Shown here one piece after another: positions 52,801 through 64,000 of a DNA stretch of 64,000 nt. Origin of the DNA: Ylistrum balloti (lineage: Eukaryota). A program made the position numbers and the translations under genes. The notes under the pieces are model-generated. The model was not told the DNA's origin. It made no database searches and worked only from the letters and a program-made list of their open reading frames with translations. How positions within the stretch are numbered: position 1 is the stretch's first letter; the number at the start of each line of letters is the position of its first letter. Where the stretch lies: positions 62,001 through 126,000 of the forward strand of contig NW_026782152.1 in the NCBI RefSeq assembly GCF_031769215.1. Direction: 5' to 3'.

Positions 52801-55800
52801 TTGTTTGTGTCAGTTTATTCAAGATCTCGTGTGTTAACCGAGTTGAAATTTTTTTTCCAACTTGCAATTGGTTCAGAGTAATAACATTTGTATAGTAGAA
52901 CATATTACGAATATGATTTCAAGTTTGAAGAAAGTGATCTTATAAACTAACAATGTCTTCTTTGTAAGAGTAGTTGAGCAGTTTTGAGCCTTTTGCATAT
53001 TTAGGTCTTTTTAAATCAGATGATGGTTAAGGCCTTAAGGCCTCTTGTTTCAAAATAAAAATTGAAAAAAGATGGAGAACAGTCATGGATCATGGGTTTC
53101 TACTTTATTTTGAATATACTCATTGCTTTAATGACTAATTATATCTAAGTTATAGTTAATGAAACAATATATTGGTGTATTGTGTGATCAAATGAATTTA
53201 TCATCAGTTTTGACAAATTCATAGAAAAAACTGTTGTGAATCATAAAACGATATTGCATCGGAAACTTTACTTTCAACTTGGTAAAATTCTCTCCTTTGC
53301 AGGTGCAGCCTGTTCGACATACAGAACAACAACTTAAGGAGGAGCGAACACGTCAAAAGGAAATACAACTTCAGCAGAAGCATCAAGAACTTGAGAAACT
53401 GCGTGACAAACACAAGGAAAATGTAAGGCAGTTCATCGTTTATAATATATGTTATATCTCAAAAACAATATGACTTTATGTGGTTGTGGCTGTCTTTAAC
53501 AGCATGTTTATTAAGGGTTAATTGGTGATTTGGTTGTTCTAAGTAATTGTAATGTTAATTTCCTTGTTTACACAGTCGCCAAGTACTGGCTGCAGGTGAG
53601 TGGGTTTTTTTTTTCCAGAAACTCCAGCTTTTCTCTGCCACCTAAGCTTGGCACATTCTGGCTATTAATAAGATGTAAAACAACTATAAACTTAACCAAT
53701 ACTTTCTGCCTGGCTGTTCAGTTTAACTGGTTATCTGGTTGAACTGATTTCTGTTAAAAACACTGCTTAACTTTGGTTAGAATTACTGTAATGCTTTCTG
53801 CATATTTTCTCATCATTAGGACAGGAAAACCAAAACTTAAGTATCAATAGTTATTAAATGTTAATGATTGTGTTTTATTAATAATTATGCTGACTAACAC
53901 CAACTTAATGTAGTGATCTGTTTGTAATGGTGTAGTTGTTGCTATATAGCATGATTAAGAAATACTTTTATGAGATTAATGGTAGTGTCAAACTAGATAT
54001 AAAGTACTCCGTACTTCCTAGTTAAACAAATCAAATGTTGACTGTGAAAATTCAACTTCAGTCATGTAATTATTTGGTTTATCGTCTAGTATCAATTCAA
54101 AGTGGAAAAGAAAACTACATCCAGCTTCATCACACTGGAAGACCAGGAATTTGAGAGGATGAGGAAAGAATACCTTCATAAGCAACAAGATCTGGAGCAC
54201 AAACGCAATGAGGAGGAAATCAAGGAATTAAAAAATAAAAGGTGTATATGTCTTTCTTAATTAGACATATTGTGAAATTAAGAAATAAATGATAGAAGAT
54301 ATCTTGTGTAATCCCTGGCCATGAAATGCAGGTTTTATTCATTGGTAGAAAAAGTGATTCTCTCTTGTATGATCCTCTTTCAGTTATTGTCAAATGATAG
54401 TCATAAAGTCATTAACACGACGCTATGTAACAAATTACCATTACTATCAGTACAATCACACATTTTCCTTGAATATGGCACATTTCTATAATGATTTAGA
54501 AGGGTTCACATAGGAAATGAGGTCGATACTTAACTTGATGTTACAGTTATTAGAATCTACCGCTGAAATTTTCAATTTTCACACAGCTGAATTGTTAACC
54601 ATATCTCGTTACTAAATCTCAAGACCATTAAGATTTGATTAAAAACATATTAGAAACCCAGAAACCCATTAAAAATGGGACATGATTCTCATTCGAAATT
54701 TATAAAATGACCATTACTATACATACACCCATTTACTTTGAAAAGTCATCATGAACACCCCGTTAGAAATAATTGAAATATGACACAAAGTTGATAGGAG
54801 GATAATTACGGCCATACCAGTTTCAATGATATAAATAAGCATGAAGTGAATTAATTAATGCCTAAAATGTTTTGTCATTTTTTTTATTCATTAATGGTTT
54901 CCAACATTCTTGTAATGGCCTTTATTTCCATGTTGTAGAGAAAATTCATATTTAAATTGTTCAGACTGAATAAAAAAATGTATGTGATTGCCATTGACTA
55001 AAACGATCTTGAATCTTTAAATTCTTTTTATCATTTAAAATTCATGACTGTAAGGAATTCTTTACATTCATGGCCATCATCAGATGATGGGTTATTCAAA
55101 ATTGTTCTGCATCTGTGGTTCATCCATCTGTCCTTAAACATTCTTGTTTTCACTATTTGCTGAGAAGAACTCTATGGATCTTTATCAAATTTCATATGTA
55201 CAATTCTGTTGGTCCCAAGTTGTGCATTGTTCCACAACTTATCTGGAAAACAACATGGCGGACAGGTGGCCATCTTGGATTTTGACAGTTAGAATCATAA
55301 ATATCCCACATTTGTTTGTATTTCTAAGCACTTCATATGCTGAACCTGGATGGCATTGAACAGTTTTGCACAACTTTCTTCTCCGAAGATTAAGTCTTAC
55401 CTAGGCCCTATTGGTATATGAAATATTCTTTAAAGGGATTTTGTTTTTAACCTGTTTTCTGTGGATGATTTTACTATTATGGTACACAATACTATCATTT
55501 GCACAGACATGAAAAGTCACTTTATATAGTGTAATCCTTTACCATTACTATTGTCTCATGATATGATGGTAGGTACTCATAATTTTTTGCTAGTTACTTA
55601 TCACTAAACACTGCTTTAGATACATGTTCACGTGATGTTGAGTCAGAGAATATCATTCATGTAATCCAGTCCTTGACATCTTGAATTTAAAACCTAAAAT
55701 AATTTTTCCAATTACTAAATCATCTTTTAGAAAAAAAATATATTAAGAGTGTCATGCAATTATTAAACTTTCCTTGATGCTTAGGAAAGTTCATGGCAGT

Positions 55801-58800
55801 TGTATCTCCGATGATTTTAGAACATCAGGCACGTTGTGTATATTCTAAGCCATGCCACTTGTTGACTGAATTGAAATGTGCCATGCAGGTTACATCAAAC
55901 CATAGGGATGATAAGACCACCTGCAGTGTCTACCACTTGCAATCAGGATTTTCTTGTTTTCATTCGATATTTGAAATAAATTAACACATAAATGTTATAC
56001 TCTCACTGAAATGTCAAATAATTACATCATATGTTGATATGGCTATTTTTAGAATCCAAACTCAGAAATGGGTGCAGAAGGTGGAGCCTCCAAAGTGGTA
56101 TGACAAGTCATCAAAAAATACTGAGAGAACAGGTAAATGTAATGTCCTAGTAAGTTATATGTAATTTGTCGAGTAAATCACATATTTCATGGGTAGTAAG
56201 GTTATCTATTATTGGAAACCTACAGTTTAATCTAATGTTATATGTATCATGCTCAAGCAAGTAATAACAACTTGGCACTGTCTGTGAAGTAGAGCTAAGC
56301 ACATATTATATGTAAGGTTGAGATAAGTTATATATATTATCTCAATATATCAAGTTCAGTGTGGCAAATTCCACTGCTTCACGGCAGAATGTGCTAGCTT
56401 GGGATTATTTTTCAGGTCAGGAGCTCAAATATCAAGGTCATGGTATCTATTGATGGAAAACTGGTCACATAATCTCACCTCTACACTGGGATTCTTTTCA
56501 AGATCACATTTCATTAATGATCATGCCATTTATAAAAATAAATGACACTAATTATTGATACTCATTATGTCCTTTACAAAAATAAATGAAAAATGTGCGA
56601 CATTCTGTTCTGTAGTTTCAGCACAGCATGTAAGTCCATACCTGTTAGACTTCTCTATTACATTTGTATAAAAGTGTAAAGACTTGGGTCCAAAATTGAA
56701 TATTTCATATATGGTAATGGAGAAAATGTTTAAACATTGTTATTAATCTTTATTTTAGCTTGATCCTCCACGACTTCCTGTGAAATTTTACAATAAATAA
56801 CAGGAGAAACATGTATTTTTAGAACAATTTATTATCATTCTTTTATTTTGAATAAATGTTTTCATAAGTGAATTGCCAAACATAGATCTGGGGGATAAGT
56901 ATTGCTTTGCAATACCTTTTTACCCCACAGCCCAAAAAGGTGTGGGGTATTGCAATCACGCACGGCGTCCGTCCGTCCATCTGTCTGTCCATCCACAATT
57001 GCATACTGCTTATTATCTCAAAAACTACATTACCGGTCATCACCATTTTCACTGGGGATGTTGGGCCTATGGACCTACACAACCCATTTTGCTTTATGAT
57101 AAATAACTTTTTCCATTTGTGTTCAGTTAGTATTAAACTGTTGCTCATGTTTCTGGGTTTAGAGGCCAGGCCTGTTATGTGTTGTACCTGTAACTGCCCT
57201 AATGTAGAGACAAATAGACTGCAATTATTACTACCACATAGTTAGTAACAGGTTTAAAAGGAATGTTTCTTTTATTATTTTTCCTTAGAACCTCCAGTTC
57301 CGAAGACAAATGTTTGGTCAACACGACAGCAGAGGCTTCAGAACATGGAAATGATGAGACCACGAAATGAAATGGATGAGGAAGCAATTCTTAGGAAAGT
57401 CCTAGAAGAAAGTCAGAAAACAGCAGAGCTGGATGAAGAGAGGAGGAGGCAGTTAGCGGAGAGTAACAGGGAGAAAAGACTGTAAGTTCTTTGAATTAGG
57501 CCTGCTTCTAAACAGGAAATATTTCATAGTATGATATTGGGTTATTTGTCCATTGATCTTTGGCTCAAATTTGAAACCAAAAACAGTTCAAAATTCTCTC
57601 TGAATGATTATTAAGAAATGACAGTGCCTCTAGTTTGATCTCTGCATTCAGATTCTGCCATTGGACAAATTAGATTAAGTTGGGCTTAAACCTTTGTCAT
57701 GCGAGACAAATATGGTTAAGAAAGTTGATTCTTGACCTTCTACATTGCTGAACCATGTACACCAGATAGGTGTAAGTCTAAACTGTTTTTAGTTTGAGTG
57801 GCAGGTGAGAAATAGCCCTGTTGGTGATAATCATTTATTTAATGGTGAAGAATACATATCTGCAAGTGGATATCTTTTCAGAATGGAAAAAGAACTTGCT
57901 GCCAAAACTGTTTTACAAGAACCCGTAGAGAAGCCTTTCGTGAAACCAAAGTAAGAGGCCATTATAGAGATGATTTAACTCAGGGCTTTATAGTTTTAGG
58001 TGAATCAATTGTTAGAATACAATAGATGATTTTAATGTGACAATTAATTGTATCTTATTTGTGAGGATGAAATTACTGTATGAAAATGTAACATATACAT
58101 ATCTTGTATTGTCATTTGATATTGCCATCCTTACATAAAAAAAAAGATGAAAAGTATTTTGAAAATCATTAATTGTTTTATCTTTTTATAATTGTCTTGC
58201 ATTTAATTATGTGGCATTTTTATTGAATTCTAGGCCTATTGAAAGTATCTGGGATGTAAATGAGGATCCTCCATTGCCTGTCAAGTCTGCACCAGTCAAA
58301 CCAGTCGGTGCATGGGCCAATAAGCCTCTTATCAATGCAAAACTCACAAAACAGGAAACCTTGTCAGATTCACAAAAATTCATCACATCCGTTACCACTG
58401 ATGATACATCAAAATATCTAAAATTGAGAACAGGTTTCAGTACCCTGCGCCCTAATGTTCAACTCCGCATCCCGGAAACGACGTTACCACATGATGATTG
58501 GGATGAAGATCTGAAGGATCAATATCTTCCTCAGCGTTCTCCAAGTTCATTTCATCAATACATGAAATGGCAGCCCATAGCTAAAGCTATGCTGGAACAA
58601 CAGAAGGAAGAAACAAAGACACAACTTGGTAAATCTGTTGGTCAGTGCAACAATTTCAACATGAAGAATGATAAGGTAGTGTGTCAGTCACAGACAGTTC
58701 TCAGTAGGGACACATCTATCCATAGTCCTAGCAGTGATTCATTTTCTGGACAGATACAAGATAAAAAATCTCCCTGGATGAAAGCTGCCTCTTACTCTGT

Positions 58801-61800
58801 CAGAGAAGAACAAAAAGTGCAATCAACAGCAGATGAGAACAAAGAGTCTACAGGGTTTCAGAAGTGTCAGAAAGAAAAGAAAGAAAAATCCTTTGGTGAA
58901 GACTGGGAGGATGATATAGATGATGTAGTGTCAGTATGGCCCTCTACAACAGGACCCTGTGATCTTAAAAATAAGAAAACTTCCATTAGTAAGTGTGAAG
59001 ACCATGCTCAACATATTCACCAGCAAGTGTCATCCAAGATTGGAAGTATACACACTGTAAACAGGGATTCAGGCCATGAACCCTGTCTTTCAGAAAAATT
59101 CCAGAGTCACAGAAATCAGACAAGCTGTGAAACACACATGACAGAAATACATCAGACCCCCATCCAAAGTGAATGGACAAAGTCTAATACAAGAAATATG
59201 TCTGCATCGTCAGAGAATGCTACAGACAAAGAGCAGTCATTCCTTCAGCCTCAGGGAACACAGTGTCTTGACTACAGTGATTCCAAACCTCAGGAAGTCC
59301 CAGAAGTGGTGTTTAGTAACAGGCTTGGTGAGTCAGATGAATCCCGACATCAGAGACTGTCAGAGCAACCTAGGCATACCCTACCAAGGATGCCAAAAAA
59401 TCCTCACGAGTCATCTGAACCTTGTTCTCCTAATACTCCGATCGGTGGCAATGTGTCCAAACCTATCACAAAGCAGAGGGTGCCAGCCATATGGAAAAAT
59501 CTGATAAAACATGAAGCTAATCCTCCAAAACAAAGTACAGATGAGATGTCAGATTCACAAGCAGCACCTGTCTTGGATGAAGAAGAAAACAATCAGGAAA
59601 ATTTAGAGAAGAAAAAGGATTGGGCCAGACACCTTCCTCTTCGTCTACCTCGTCTTCCAAAAGCATTGCATTCTCTGAAGCGGTACCAACGTTCTGACAA
59701 TATGTCTAATTCTGTAGCTTCTGTAGTAAATAAACAACTGCCTTCTGCAGAATCACAGAAAATATCTGGCCAGAAATTAGTGCGAGATCTCCTTAGTCAG
59801 CAAGCTGACTCAGAGTTCCTGAAAAGTCTATCAGAAATTGAACATGATGAACAATCATCCATTAGTCCAAAATCTTCGGCTGGGGAACCTAAGTCAGATG
59901 TTGATGAAAGCATCAACATTGTCAAAAGTGATCACAATCCTTTGATGAATGAAAGAGAATCTGCAGCTCCTGGCTGTGAACCAAGCTGCCATGTTCTCCC
60001 ACAAGATAGATTGGAAGTTGATATCCACAGCCAACAAATTATACGTGGTACAGGGGAAGATGCTTCACTTTCTATAGAGCTTGGTCAAAGTGTCTCTCCA
60101 GAAAACCATCTTGCTATTTCTCCTAAAAATGTAATACCCCAAGGTGTGCCTGATCAACATATACTCCAGTCGTCATTACCTCGTGGCCTTCCTGAAGGTT
60201 TGCCTCCATACCTCATACAAGCCTATCTCCAGTATCTCAACCAGTCTTCCACGTCAGAGAAATCTGGTTCTGTCAATACTATCCCAATGCCAACTCCACA
60301 TGCTGTAGCCCAAGCAGAAGCCTCACTAGTTGGTTACCCTGTAGCTACTGGTCTAGGATTAGGTGGTATGCTGCCTTTGTCTGCCATGATGCCTATACTT
60401 AGGCTGCCAAATCCGGTGATGCAAACAGAGTACTTACTGCAACAAAAACTTCAACTACTTCAACAACAGGAGGAGAGACTCCGACAGAACCAGCAACTGT
60501 TGATGCAGCAGCAACAGCAACTTCTTCAGACACACAACCTTCAGCAGAGCAGTCAAATTGTCGAAAGGGAGCTTGGAAAGACACCTGTGCTTTATGCAAT
60601 GAATGAAAACCTGCCAGGTCTCCATCAATCACAACACATAAAGACTAGCAGTCCTTCACAGACTTCTACAGAGACACATAACCTCAATGTTAATCCAGTG
60701 TTACAGAATCTGGAATACAAACAGAGACTCATTAAGATTGAAGGTATTGAAATACCTGCTGGAGAAGGTGACAGTGTGTTGCAGGGTCAAGACATGAAGA
60801 AGTCTCAGTTTCAAAAGTCACCATTTCAGAATTCAAAAGGTGATGCTGAAGGAGATAGCAAAGACAATTTGAGACATACTGATCTGTTTCAAGAGGATGA
60901 AAACTATCAAAGAGATGGTATACAGCAATTCCACCTGTCACAAGTTCCTGAAAATTCAATGAAAACTGAACGGTACAACCCACCAACAGTTCTAGGGACC
61001 ATGCCATCAGTACAACAGTACAATCCACCAACAGTTCCTGGGACCATGCCATCAGTACAACAGTACAATCCACCAACAGTTCCTGGGACCATGCCATCAG
61101 TACAACAGTACAATCCACCAACAGTTCCTGGGACCATGCCATCAGTACAACAGTACAATCCACCAACAGTTTCTGGGACCATGCCATCAGTACAACAGTA
61201 CAATCCACCAACAGTTCCTGGGACCATGCCATCAGTACAACAGTACAATCCACCAACAGTTCCTGGGACCATGCCATCAGTACAACAGTACAATCCACCA
61301 ACAGTTTCTGGGACCATGCCATCAATACAACAGTACAATCCACCAACAGTTTCTGGGACCATGCCATCAGTACAACAGTACAATCCACCAACAGTTCCTG
61401 GGACCATGCCATCAGTACAACAGTACAATCCACCAACAGTTCCTGGGACCATGCCATCAGTACAACAGTACAATCCACCAACAGTTTCTGGGACCATGTC
61501 ATCAGTACAACAGTACAATCCACCAACAGTTTCTGGGACCATGCCATCAGTACAACAGTACAATCCACCAACAGTTTCTGGGACCATGCCATCAGTACAA
61601 CAGTACAATCCACCAACAGTTCCAGGGACCATGCCATCAGTACAACAGTACAATCCACCAACATGCCATCAGTACAACAGTACAATCCACCAACAGTTCC
61701 TGGGACCATGCCATCAGTACAACAGTACAATCCACCAACAGTTCCAGGGACCATGCCATCAGTACAACAGTACAATCCACCAACAGTTTCTGGGACCATG

Positions 61801-62280
61801 CCATCAGTACAACAGTACAATCCACCAACAGTTCCTGGGACCATGCCATCAGTACAACAGTACAATCCACCAACAGTTTCTGGGACCATGTCATCAGTAC
61901 AACAGTACAATCCACCATCAATCCCAGGAAACATTACACCATCACATCAATATAATCCCCCACCTGTTCCAGGAAATATTCAATCAGTAAAACAGTACAA
62001 TCTTCCATCAATTCCACAACGAAATGCTGAATCAAGACGAGATGGATTTGATATACATCATGGAAATTCTCAAATAGTAGAACATTCAATCACAAGACCA
62101 AGGACTCCAGTCTCAAAAATGGAGAACAAAGATCGTGATATGATGAAGGATCCTTCAGTGATATCGGTTGGGAAGAAGTATCTCCAGCTTCCTCCTAAAC
62201 TACAACGTCGACAGGAGCAGACTCGAGCTGTTCAACAGATGATCAGCAAAATTCACATGGATAGTCTTGAAATGGAACAG
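40865..62280 (+). CDS. Very large uncharacterised DnaJ/Hsp40 J-domain protein (at least 18 exons, about 1970 aa or more; probably incomplete at the 3' end)
   Basis: Exons: 40865-40937, 43141-43193, 43356-43428, 46378-46508, 47054-47111, 47472-47557, 48587-48661, 49362-49457, 50192-50280, 50801-50948, 51363-51542, 51989-52171, 53303-53422, 54090-54241, 56053-56132, 57289-57481, 57882-57950 and 58234-62280. All are GT-AG and in consistent phase with no stop through exon 17 (1859 nt). J-domain: KYLEVFEL...ATDEDIKKAYKQLALKYHPDKN...ATQKFQDISKAYLEL. A possible exon 19 lies at 62429-62457. Exon 18 contains a frameshift at ~61662. Confidence 0.85.
44030..45015 (-). repeat. HINE/Helentron-type repeat with tandem degenerate subunits in a DnaJ-gene intron
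   Basis: The head on the minus strand reads aataagaggtccaatgggcctgtatcactc (palindrome-like). ccttgacc...caaggtcaca / gttaaaacctttaaacaacttctt units recur at about 140-150 bp spacing between 44200 and 44790. Confidence 0.65.
45752..45927. mobile_element. MITE, 176 bp, 15-bp TIRs and 5-bp TSD (hAT5-like)
   Basis: Left end is CTGGGTTTTCCATAA; the right end read on the reverse strand is CAGGGTTTCCCATAA (two mismatches). CCATT is duplicated on both sides. There is an internal 9-bp stem, AGCCGGTCA/TGACCGGCT. Confidence 0.75.
46535..46740 (+). repeat. Truncated HINE head (T-run, hairpin, GTCY microsatellite)
   Basis: tttt-ataatcccctcccc-cgatc-gga-gatcg-aaagggggata followed by ctgtcagtctgtccgt. 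Confidence 0.6.
52600..53050 (-). repeat. HINE-type repeat (AAACAAGAGGCC head)
   Basis: The head at ~53050 on the minus strand carries a GGCCTTAAGGCC palindrome. Internal gaccttgacccactttcaaggtcaaagggg shares the subunit seen at 44-45 kb. Confidence 0.6.
55072..55290 (+). repeat. HINE-type repeat head (CCATCATC-A-GATGATGG palindrome)
   Basis: Perfect 8-bp palindrome at 55074-55090, followed by a (CCAT/CTGT) microsatellite remnant and aacatggc / ggccatcttggattt motifs. Confidence 0.6.
56915..57110 (+). repeat. HINE-type repeat head (T-run, 8-bp stem, (GTCC)n)
   Basis: ttttt-accccaca...tgtggggt stem at 56922-56948, then cgtccgtccgtccatctgtctgtccatcc. This is the DINE-1/HINE-like layout. Confidence 0.7.
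60974..62020 (+). repeat. Coding minisatellite, 45-bp unit (YNPPTVPGTMPSVQQ): about 21 near-identical units plus about 3 degenerate units
   Basis: The 45-bp period is read directly (caatccacca at 61021 and 61066). Units 1-15 start at 60974+45n. Unit 16 (61649-61680) is 32 bp because of a 13-nt deletion. Five full units follow from 61681, then degenerate units to about 62020. Confidence 0.97.
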
Positions 62281-64000
62281 GTAGGTAAACACAGAGATTT
62301 TCCTTTTTGACTTTTGCCTTATCAAAAATAGTCATCATGCATTCACCTTAATTACTGCATCAGAATATTTTTGTATTTACATTTTGTTAATAATCTGTCT
62401 TTGTATGTTTTTATTTCTTTTTTTCTAGGATGAGACAGATGAAAATAAACCACAGAGGTGTTTTTAAGGAGAAACACAATCAACTGAATTTCTACTGTGC
62501 AAAATTTTGAGTCAGATATCTCATGTACAAAGATTATTAAGGAATATAGATCTTTATCATCAATGCAGGTTTGATGAGCTCTGAACAAGATAAATTCTTA
62601 TTAATTGCATTAAGATGTTATGCACAGATAGTTCTTTGGGTTTGAGACCGCAGTAGCAATACAATATGGTAAGTTACTTAATAAACAGACATAAGTTTCT
62701 GTGTTATACAATGTTTAGAGACGTACATTTCCTATGTGTTTTATTTTCATAACAGTATTAATCAGTGAAGTAGTGGTTGATTGTTTTTGCATACAATAAT
62801 TTATAACCTGATTAACCCGGTAATGTAAGCCAGGATGACTTGTTCTTTTTATACAAAGATAATGTATGAGTTGAAAATGGCCTTAAGAAAGACAGTCAAA
62901 AATTAAATTGACATATCATTCATTTATTGTGTTAAATCTGATTATTTTTCAGTTTTATATTCACTTTTGATTTACTCTTGATTAGTATCTTCCAAGAAAA
63001 TTTACAAGTATTTTTTACTTTTCGATGATTCTAATTGATCAAACAGCTAACACATCAGGGCCTAAATATTTCAATTCCGATTCATTTAAAGCCCTCTTTC
63101 TGATTTTGTCTGAAACAATTCTTGTTGCTTCCACTTCGTTAGAAATTCTAGATGGACCATTCTCATACTTTAAAGACGAAAATCTTGGATTTTAACAATT
63201 TGAGGTGTTTTTTTGAAAAATATTGGATAATATGCACAAATTTGTATGAAGGTTCCCAAAGGTCGATAGTTTTTGCATATCTAACTTAAGGTGTGATCAG
63301 AAAAATTTAAATTACTAACAATGTTCTAGACAAATTATTCTCATATTTTATTTAAAGTTACATGTCAGAGCTGATTAGGATTACAAAATGTCTGACAGGT
63401 CGCTGTTTTAGATATTAATGGTGTTATCAGGGATGTTTAAAACACATCTTGATCATGTGATAACTGAACGTATATTTCTATTCCATACAGTATTTAGGGA
63501 ATTAGTGTAAGGTCCTTTGGTATATCAAGAATTTGGATAGATATTCATTTATTAGGTGAAGAATGATAATGCAAAATGAAACTGGCCCATTCCTTGTACT
63601 CCTAGGACGTAAACATAAGTCTCAATAGTGATATCCTTGAACACTTTGTATGAAATTATTACTGTGATATGTATACCATGAAAATCTCTTGCCTATGTAT
63701 GAATAATTTTTACTGTAGGTAATGTATAACTGATGGATAAAAAATACATTATTGTTGACAATAAGAGAATGAAGCTTCCTCCTCACATGGTTGTTGAATA
63801 AGTTTAGCCAGTAATACAGATAGCATGTATCCTCCCATTGTCTCAATTTATTGTTAACTGTTGAAATATCTTTCACTGTGGATTTTAATTTAAGTTGTGT
63901 ATCCATTAAATTATATGACATTGCTAAAGATATTTTCATGTATATCTGCAGTAAAAATAGTCAATTATCAATACCTATTTAGAGATTGAACAAAAATAGA

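Noticed and set aside
56760-56800. Possible extra DnaJ-gene exon after attttag
   Set aside because: The required phase gives an immediate TGA, and exons 15 and 16 already join in frame.
60732-61934. Long antisense ORFs (400, 248 and 94 aa) with GGLYCCTDG / LLVDCTVV repeats
   Set aside because: They are confined to the minisatellite and are a by-product of a stop-poor 45-bp unit. There is no independent promoter or splice evidence.
60974-62020. Regular array that might be taken for a CRISPR
   Set aside because: The units are head-to-tail with no unique spacers, lie in frame within a eukaryotic exon, and there are no cas genes.

Overview
This is AT-rich eukaryotic genomic DNA with spliceosomal introns, not prokaryotic DNA. 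The gene content and the Helentron-derived (HINE-type) repeats point to a bivalve mollusc. The repeat heads resemble ones I recall from scallop genomes, but I have not verified that. There is one assembly gap (6550-6910). Most entries in the ORF track are spurious or are single exons read through their introns, so I rebuilt the genes by hand from splice sites and codon phase. From left to right: (1) a claudin/PMP22-like four-pass membrane protein gene (-), with a Kolobok-like DNA transposon in intron 1; (2) a deletion-collapsed ABCC10/MRP7 pseudogene (+), with a 652-bp solo LTR (TSD CTAT) inside an exon; (3) ERG28 (-), head-to-head with (4) vasohibin, the tubulin detyrosinase (+), which has two U12-type introns; (5) Angel, an EEP-fold RNA 2',3'-cyclic phosphatase (-), convergent with vasohibin as in human VASH1-ANGEL1 and VASH2-ANGEL2, and carrying two tandem SIM-like motifs; (6) a DUF2236/mpaB-like oxygenase with a single-exon CDS (-); (7) a truncated Penelope-like retroelement with inverted pseudo-LTRs, each holding a hammerhead ribozyme motif; (8) a very large uncharacterised J-domain gene (+, at least 18 exons, about 1970 aa or more, probably extending beyond the window). 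That last protein has a Cys cluster, coiled coils, a UIM-like motif and a 4-kb exon with a 45-bp coding minisatellite interrupted by a 13-nt frameshifting deletion. The most novel-looking items are the giant J-protein, the SIM-bearing Angel, the conserved ERG28/VASH/ANGEL neighbourhood and the paired hammerheads. All family assignments come from motif recognition; no database searches were run.
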